Of a stretch of 64,000 nucleotides of DNA, positions 57,087 to 64,000 are shown piece by piece (the first letter of the stretch is position 1; the number at the start of each line of letters is the position of its first letter). The translations under genes were made by a program, and so were the position numbers. Source of the DNA: Octopus bimaculoides (taxonomy: Eukaryota); contig NC_068999.1 in NCBI RefSeq assembly GCF_001194135.2, positions 37,751,999 to 37,815,998 of the forward strand. The letters run 5' to 3'. A model generated the notes under the pieces. The model was not told the origin of the DNA. It ran no database searches and saw only the letters and a list, made by a program, of their open reading frames with translations.

Positions 57087-59403
57087 ATCTGTCTATCTAT
57101 CTATCTATCTATCTATCAAAATATTTATCTGTCTGATCATCTACTTAAGAAATATGTGCGCGCGCGCGTATAACTGATATAGATAACTAAAATTCTATCT
57201 ATGTGTGTGTGTATGTGTGTGTGTGTGTGTGTGTGTAGGTGTGTCTGTGTATCTGTAGCTATAAATAATTTCGCTTTTTATCGTTTTTGTTTTAATTATA
57301 CAAAATAGGCAGTTATTTTGCTATAGATTTTGAGCTGCAGCGATGTACTGTTGTGTCTAGCGAACGGGTATCCAGCACTGAGTATGGACAAAAATAGTCT
57401 GAAACCGGATGGTCTGCTGGTCCTGCCAAGTCGCTAGATGATAGTACGGTAGGGGTTCGCTCCCCTGCTGGTAAAATATATCTTGTGCAGACTGCATCGA
57501 TATCCATCTAGAGGAGGCGTCATCTTGAGGCTAAAAAATGGTCGTAATGTCGGGTCGTACGGAACAGCTATTTTAAAGTGACGACAAACATTACTATACG
57601 CAATAGTCTAGATTATATATATAATCTCTACCCTTTCTCGATATGTCCCAGCCTTATGTCTCCACTGGAGACAAAAAGTTAATGAAAATGAAATGGGATT
57701 AATTTACTGAAAAATTTGTTGATTTTTTAATAGATAATATATGCATATATGTGTGTGGGCGGGGGGTGTAATACAAGCAGACATTGAGTAGCATAAACGT
57801 CTACAGGAAGAAGCTTTACAGCTTTAAACCTATTTCGAACATCCATCTCAATTACTTTATTTCCCTCTGTTTACTGTATATAAGATATCATTGTCCAGTA
57901 TATATTGTGTATATATTCTCTACGATTTGTCTGATGTCGGGTGGTGAGCTTTATCTGGGAGCAGACGGGAAAATATATTTTAAAATACTCTCTCTATATA
58001 TATATAAATATCTATATATATCTATATATATTTGCCCATATAATGTAGTATGCATAATATTATACAATCATACACACATATCTTCAACTGCAAGCATATA
58101 TATATGCATATTAAACTAAATATATATATTTTTCATATTTGTTAAAAAGAAGCTAAACACGAAACTGTAGTTAAATTGTATTATTGTCTATTATTGTACG
58201 ATAAAAATATAATCATAAGTTAAAGCATTGAATATACTTGATTTCCTCTCACACTTTTTTCTGTCTGCCTCACTCTGTCTCACACAGAATACCAATCTCT
58301 CCCTCTCTCTCTACCTCTCCTCCTCTTTCTCCTTCTCTCCTCCCTCTCTCTCTCTCTCTCCTTCTCTCTCCTCTCTCTCGCTGGAAATTTTGTGACCAAA
58401 AATATTTAAACGAACGTCATAAAAATATTTTATTCAAAACTTCACAGAAAAGAAAATAAAATAAAAAAAGGAAAAAGAATATTTGAAAGTAAAATATCAT
58501 AAAATACATAATTACCATTACGAATATATTTTTGCATTGTGCTATTTTTTTTCATCTAACTTCAAATTATGAAAAAACGTAAAAACATTGTGAAATTTAA
58601 AATGTGTTTCAATGACTTGTTTAAGTTTAATAAGCGGGTTGTATTTATTTATTTAAAAAAAAGTGAAATTGAAATCAATTTATTCATGATTTATGTTTAA
58701 ATAGAAACAATCAGGTATATTTATTTGTTTGTGTATCTATATAAGTGTATATATATATTTGCTATATACACATACACAAATATATATATGTCTATATAGT
58801 ATATGTATGCATGTAGATGTAGGTATATATATATATATAAATATATATATGCATATATCTATATATATGTATATACATGTATATACATGTATATACATAC
58901 ATATATATATATATNNNNNNNNNNNNNNNNNNNNNNNNNNNNNNNNNNNNNNNNNNNNNNNNNNNNNNNNNNNNNNNNNNNNNNNNNNNNNNNNNNNNNN
59001 NNNNNNNNNNNNNNNNNNNNNNNNNNNNNNNNNNNNNNNNNNNNNNNNNNNNNNNNNNNNNNNNNNNNNNNNNNNNNNNNNNNNNNNNNNNNNNNNNNNN
59101 NNNNNNNNNNNNNNNNNNNNNNNNNNNNNNNNNNNNNNNNNNNNNNNNNNNNNNNNNNNNNNNNNNNNNNNNNNNNNNNNNNNNNNNNNNNNNNNNNNNN
59201 NNNNNNNNNNNNNNNNNNNNNNNNNNNNNNNNNNNNNNNNNNNNNNNNNNNNNNNNNNNNNNNNNNNNNNNNNNNNNNNNNNNNNNNNNNNNNNNNNNNN
59301 NNNNNNNNNNNNNNNNNNNNNNNNNNNNNNNNNNNNNNNNNNNNNNNNNNNNNNNNNNNNNNNNNNNNNNNNNNNNNNNNNNNNNNNNNNNNNNNNNNNN
59401 NNN

Positions 59404-59437
<34 letters not shown>

Positions 59438-59924
59438 AATATTATATATATATATACGTATGTATGTGTGTGTGTTTGTGTGTGTGTGTTTGTAAGAATA
59501 TATGTATATACGTATGTAGAAGCCGTATTTAGTCGTGTGTAAATCGCATTATGGTTGATTTTAACTGAAATATGCAGAGGCATATTTATGACAGTGCGTG
59601 TGCATAATAAAAAGAAAGGATGACTGAAACACCTAGAAAACATCCCAGGAGAACCACGTCTCAGAGAAATGCAAAAGTTTGTGTTGACAAGTACTGCCCA
59701 CATCCTTAGAAAAACCCTATCAGTTTAAATGTTTGTGTTGTATTACATGAAAATATTTCACTACTGCCCTTACCCCTTTTCTCTCCAAGCTTTCAGTCAT
59801 AATGTAACATCTCTTTTCCTTCACACACCCTAGGATGCTGGGTGTGTCTTGGCAAGTGATTGTAAGAAACATGCAGATTAAAAGTGTATAACAACAACAA
59901 CAACAATAATGATGATAATAATAA

Positions 59925-60485
59925 ATGCCCTAATGCAGTACCAGGCAGTGGCTCTCATGCATGGCTTCTGATCGTAACTGATTGGAAGTGTTATCATGTA
60001 CATCGTTTTGTCTTGGTATAAAAGATGGGTTACAGCAAATATTCTGCTCAATACCACAATTTGCTTGTCAGTTGTTTGACCTTAACCCGTTGAGTATTTC
60101 TCTTGGTGACTGACGATATGTGCATCTCTAATCACGAACAGAGGTAGTGGAGGAACATCATAGCCATGTGTTGAGAGGAATTTTTGGGGTTTGAATAATT
60201 CACATCTAGAAACATTGGTGTTTCATTTAAATTCCCTAAGCAACCCTTATTCAGGGACCATTTACGCGAGATGAGCCACTCGATCTGAAGAAAATTGGAA
60301 CTGGACCCCCACCTGCAAAGTCATATACTGTTTACCTTGATATGAGATCAACATGTCGCGCACATATGGTTCTGATGCATGTGCCTGATGTACCCTTATG
60401 AGACGGGTAGTCATGACGGTGTATACTGGGCTTCATATATTTGTACCCCAGTGTTACTTTGATGGCATGCACTACTCTCACACTC
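59925..60485 (+). mobile_element. About 560-bp non-coding interspersed element embedded in an (AAC/AAT)n microsatellite, probably a non-autonomous retroelement
   Basis: Sharp boundaries against AAT-type repeats on both sides. No ORF of 60 aa or more and no tRNA head. Resembles a high-copy octopus repeat (from recall). Confidence 0.6.
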
Positions 60486-60696
60486 AATAATAATAATAAT
60501 GATAATAATCATAATAACGAGGATGATGATGATATTCATCCTCCTCCTCCTCGTCCTCCTCACCATCATGATCATGATCATGATCTAAAAGTGACTAGTT
60601 TTTTACTTAAGGATACTATATTAATCAACACCTCGTCCCTTAAGTTCATTTTTGTATCATTCAGACATTTAAGTATAATAATCAAAAATGTACAAT

Positions 60697-60779
<83 letters not shown>

Positions 60780-60885
60780 CATGTGTTCATGTTTATGGCT
60801 ATGCATGTATATCTGTGAATATATTTTTAAGTATGGATTGGGAACAAATAAGCGGTAAAAGTGGAAAAGATTGTCTTTTGAGAAG

Positions 60886-61160
60886 GTACAAACGAAAATA
60901 CGTCATCCACAGATCTTTTGGTCGAAATAAATCAAATTGCAGCTTCGCCTAATATTTGTACGGACACAAGAATTTTATGTGGATTAGGAAGCGTTCTGAG
61001 GATGTGTAGCAATATAATTCCCGTTATACCATGATGCAGAATGTAATGGCGGCTCTGATATTTCTTTTATCTCGGTACATGGGACGACACATTAGTCGGT
61101 CGTTTTATAACCATGCGCTTGTAAAGAGATTCTCATGTATTTACAGCAATCAATAAATAC
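60886..61160 (+). repeat. Copy 1 of a tandemly duplicated ~275-bp unit (possible alternative terminal exon)
   Basis: Aligns with 62235-62510 at an offset of 1349. AG|GT start, 48 open codons to TGA, and AATAAA 118 nt later in both copies. Confidence 0.85.
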
Positions 61161-61868
61161 GAAGAGGATGGTTGGTTGTTAGGTTGTTATAAAAATGTGT
61201 GAAGCATGTAGACTCATAGAAAGACAGGGATTGAGACATACAACTGCGAATAGATTGCATATATATTCAAACAGACGGATATTCAAACAGACACTTACAT
61301 ACACTCATTTATAGAGTACGAATAGATGCATGCCTACAAATAGACACAGACATGTATGTGTGTGTGTGTGTGTGTGTGTATCAACTTTTCTCTCCCTTTC
61401 TGTCACTATATGTCATTTATTCTTTTATTCTTTTATTTGTTTCAGTAATTAGAGAGAAAGAGAAAGATATATATAGAGAGAGACGGTAAGAGAGAGAGAG
61501 ACAGAGAGAGAGAGAGAGGGGGGAAAGAAAGGGGGTAAGAGAGACATACACACACATATGCACACAAACCTTGTTCATAAGAGGTACGGGATTGACCAGT
61601 ATCTTTTGGGGAGAGACTTCCGTTTAGAAAAATGTATTCAGCTCGTCTTGGTAGGATATTTTTAACTACATTAAACAATTCTGCCTTGAAAAGTTTGACC
61701 TTAATGGGCGTGTGTGTGTATGCGTGTGTGCATGTGTATGTGTGTGTGTTTGCCTATTTATATATACATATATAAATTTATATAGATAAAACTAAGATCG
61801 ATATTTCAATACCGATCTTATCAGGTGGCCAGCATGGAAATAAAAACCATCAAAGGTAACAATTATTT

Positions 61869-61949
61869 AAAATTACATTCCACTGATGAAGGCAGAGCAT
61901 TTCTAATGCAGATCCAGAAATCCGGGATCTGGAATGATCCAGTAATTTT
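61869..61949 (+). ncRNA. Type I hammerhead ribozyme-like motif
   Basis: Stem I CATTCCA(61876-82)/TGGAATG(61930-36), core CTGATGA(61883-89), stem II 61890-61916, GAAA(61917-20), short stem III ATC-cgg-GAT, and C17 at 61929. Distal stem I extension AAAATTA/TAATTTT after a 6-nt bulge. Confidence 0.6.
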
Positions 61950-62094
61950 TGCTAGTTTATTTTGTCTCTTCGTCTTCTTTCCTTGTGCTATATGAACATT
62001 TAATGTTGTTTTACAGTCAAGTTTTGACTGCTATTTCCAGCATGGTGGTATCTCTTAGATACCCTAAATTATAATTTATATATNNNNNNNNNNN

Positions 62095-62129
<35 letters not shown>

Positions 62130-62234
62130 TATGCATTACTGTATATGGTCGTACATTCATGTGAAGCTCTTTTATTTTGATGCCGAGAGAAGCATTAGTG
62201 ATAAATGGTAAAAAAAAGTGCCGCTTTTGTCCAG

Positions 62235-62510
62235 GTAGGAATGAAAATACGTCATCCGCAGATCTGTTATTAGAAATAAATCAAATTGCAGCTTCGCCTA
62301 ATATTTGTACGGACACAAGAATTTTATGTGGATTAGGGAGCGTTCTGAGGATGTGTAGCAATTTAATTCCCGTTATACCATGATGCAGAGTGAAATGACG
62401 GCTCTGATTTGCTTTTATCTAGGATATATGGGACTATACATTCGTGCACCGTTTTATAACCATGCTTTTATATAGACGGTCTCACGTATTTATTGCGGTC
62501 AATAAATAAG
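62235..62510 (+). repeat. Copy 2 of the duplicated ~275-bp unit
   Basis: See copy 1. Peptide (G)RNENTSSADLLLEINQIAASPNICTDTRILCGLGSVLRMCSNLIPVIP*. Confidence 0.85.
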
Positions 62511-62966
62511 AAAAGGAAGTTTGTTTGTTGCAAAATGTGTACTGTTTACGAGTACACAAATGCATGCATTGAAATATATGAATGTGAAAGCATTCGTTGA
62601 TGTACGTAGATGTCCTCATGAAGTATCTATATCCACATAGTGATGTATTAGCACACGCACATACATCCACATAGTGATGTAGTAGCACACGTACATACAT
62701 ACGCATGTGTGTGTATGTGTGTGTAGGTGTTTGTGTAACTATATGTGTGCACATTAGTACATAGACAGAAGTGTAAATGTGCGTGTGAGTGTGTGTGTGT
62801 GTGCGTGTATGTGAGTATGTGCGTATGCGTATGAATGTATATTTTTCTATATGTCTGTCTGTCTGTATATATGTACACACATATATACATATATGTCTCT
62901 CTCTCTCTCTTTCTCTCTCACTCTCTCTCTCTCTCTCTCTTTCTCTCTCACTCTGTTTCTCTCTCA

Positions 62967-62999
<33 letters not shown>

Positions 63000-63095
63000 T
63001 GTAATAATGTATTTATGTATATATCATAGCAATTTTCACACAGTAAGTATATGCATATATTGTCATATATAATAGAGGTTGTGTTAGAAACAGAA

Positions 63096-63152
<57 letters not shown>

Positions 63153-63229
63153 ATGATGAGAATAAACAAATAAAACTGATTGGGTGTCATATGCAAAACA
63201 TGTATCCATGTTGAAGCTTGTATGTATGA

Positions 63230-63719
63230 GAGGAGTACAAATTATGGATCCATAATTCGATGCAGTGGAGTAGGAGATGTTGAAGATTGGATGATGCTTA
63301 TGGTGTGGTGGGAAACTAGAGTTCAGAATTTTGTAGTAAAGATTTAGGTAGGGATATTACTTCGAGGGAGAAATGGTAAAATGAACCATAGGATCTGGCG
63401 CTTCCTGCCCATGGAGCGCTTAGAGCACGTGGGCAGAGTGAGTGTGACCAGAAAGGAAGACTTCGGTTATCACAGTTTCGAGGTGATCGGGGTTGGTGGT
63501 CGGCAAGTGCGATGTGTAGGGGCGTTGGTTTTTAAGATTGAAGGGGTGTGGATGAGAGAAAGGTCTCGTGGGTTCAGAATTAGTATTAGGACAGAGAAGT
63601 GCTATCTTAGCTTGAGGTTTAGTGTTGGGAATATAAAAAATCTTTCCGCAAAAGTATCTGATCTGGGGAGCTCGGTTATAATACGGGGTGTGATTGCTAA
63701 ATCTGTCTTCGTTAGCTGA
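63230..63719 (-). mobile_element. Possible heavily decayed LINE RT N-terminal fragment
   Basis: Minus frame VL*ALHGQEAPDP...YPYLNLYYKILNSSFPPHHKHHPIF...ASNYGSII weakly echoes the KAPGPD...FP..WK...PI.K...SNYRPIS region of Jockey/CR1-group RTs. Confidence 0.3.
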
Positions 63720-64000
63720 TAAAATATATGCGGTGATATATAATTTTGGAAAATCTTGGAGGGTTTAGCTCCCAATTTTGGAATTGACAGCTATACCAAT
63801 CCTCAAACTGGACAGCACTGCATCATACCAAAGATCCTGTCTCCCCATCTAAAATAAGGACACAGTACTGCAATAGTCTGGGTTTCGAGGGCTCGCAATT
63901 ATTCATCATCCTTCCAGGCAACCTTAGAGCTCTACATGGTGTTGAGGTGAAAGTTTTCAATGAACGTCTGGACAGGTTTCTATCTGAAATAACTGATGAG
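63720..64000 (+). mobile_element. CR1-like LINE ORF2 C-terminal fragment (runs off the window)
   Basis: YAVIY-WKILEGLAPNFGIDSYTNPQTGQHCIIPK...YCNSLGFEGSQLFIILPGNLRALHGVEVKVFNERLDRFLSEITDE with small frameshifts. Similar terminus to the 44886-45140 copy. Confidence 0.8.

Noticed and set aside
57313-57600. GC-richer unique block with short ORFs
   Set aside because: Stops in all plus frames and no identifiable homology.

Overview
AT-rich, microsatellite-saturated animal genomic DNA from a draft assembly with many N-gaps, most of them flanked by (TA)n or (TG)n. The repeat families look like those of a coleoid cephalopod (Octopus-like). That assignment comes from recalled similarity and was not checked by a search. 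No complete protein-coding gene, rRNA, true tRNA or CRISPR array is present, and almost all ORFs in the supplied track are microsatellite or N-gap artefacts. The window reads as intronic or intergenic sequence. It contains three to four tRNA-derived SINE families, four fragments of R4/Dong-clade (RLE-type) non-LTR retrotransposons at three loci (two of them next to TAA microsatellites), CR1-like LINE 3' ends, and an internally deleted Tc1/mariner element. A few low-confidence plus-strand exon candidates are also present. The most interesting unexplained structures are: (1) a near-canonical type I hammerhead ribozyme motif at 61869-61949 inside a ~290-nt hairpin-dense block; (2) an 80-nt hairpin with pri-miRNA geometry on the minus strand at 50658-50737; (3) a tandemly duplicated ~275-bp unit with terminal-exon-like architecture and an unusually conserved core (60886-61160 and 62235-62510); (4) a ~320-390-bp-arm inverted repeat (45742-47020); and (5) a SINE/LINE shared 3' tail visible within the window.
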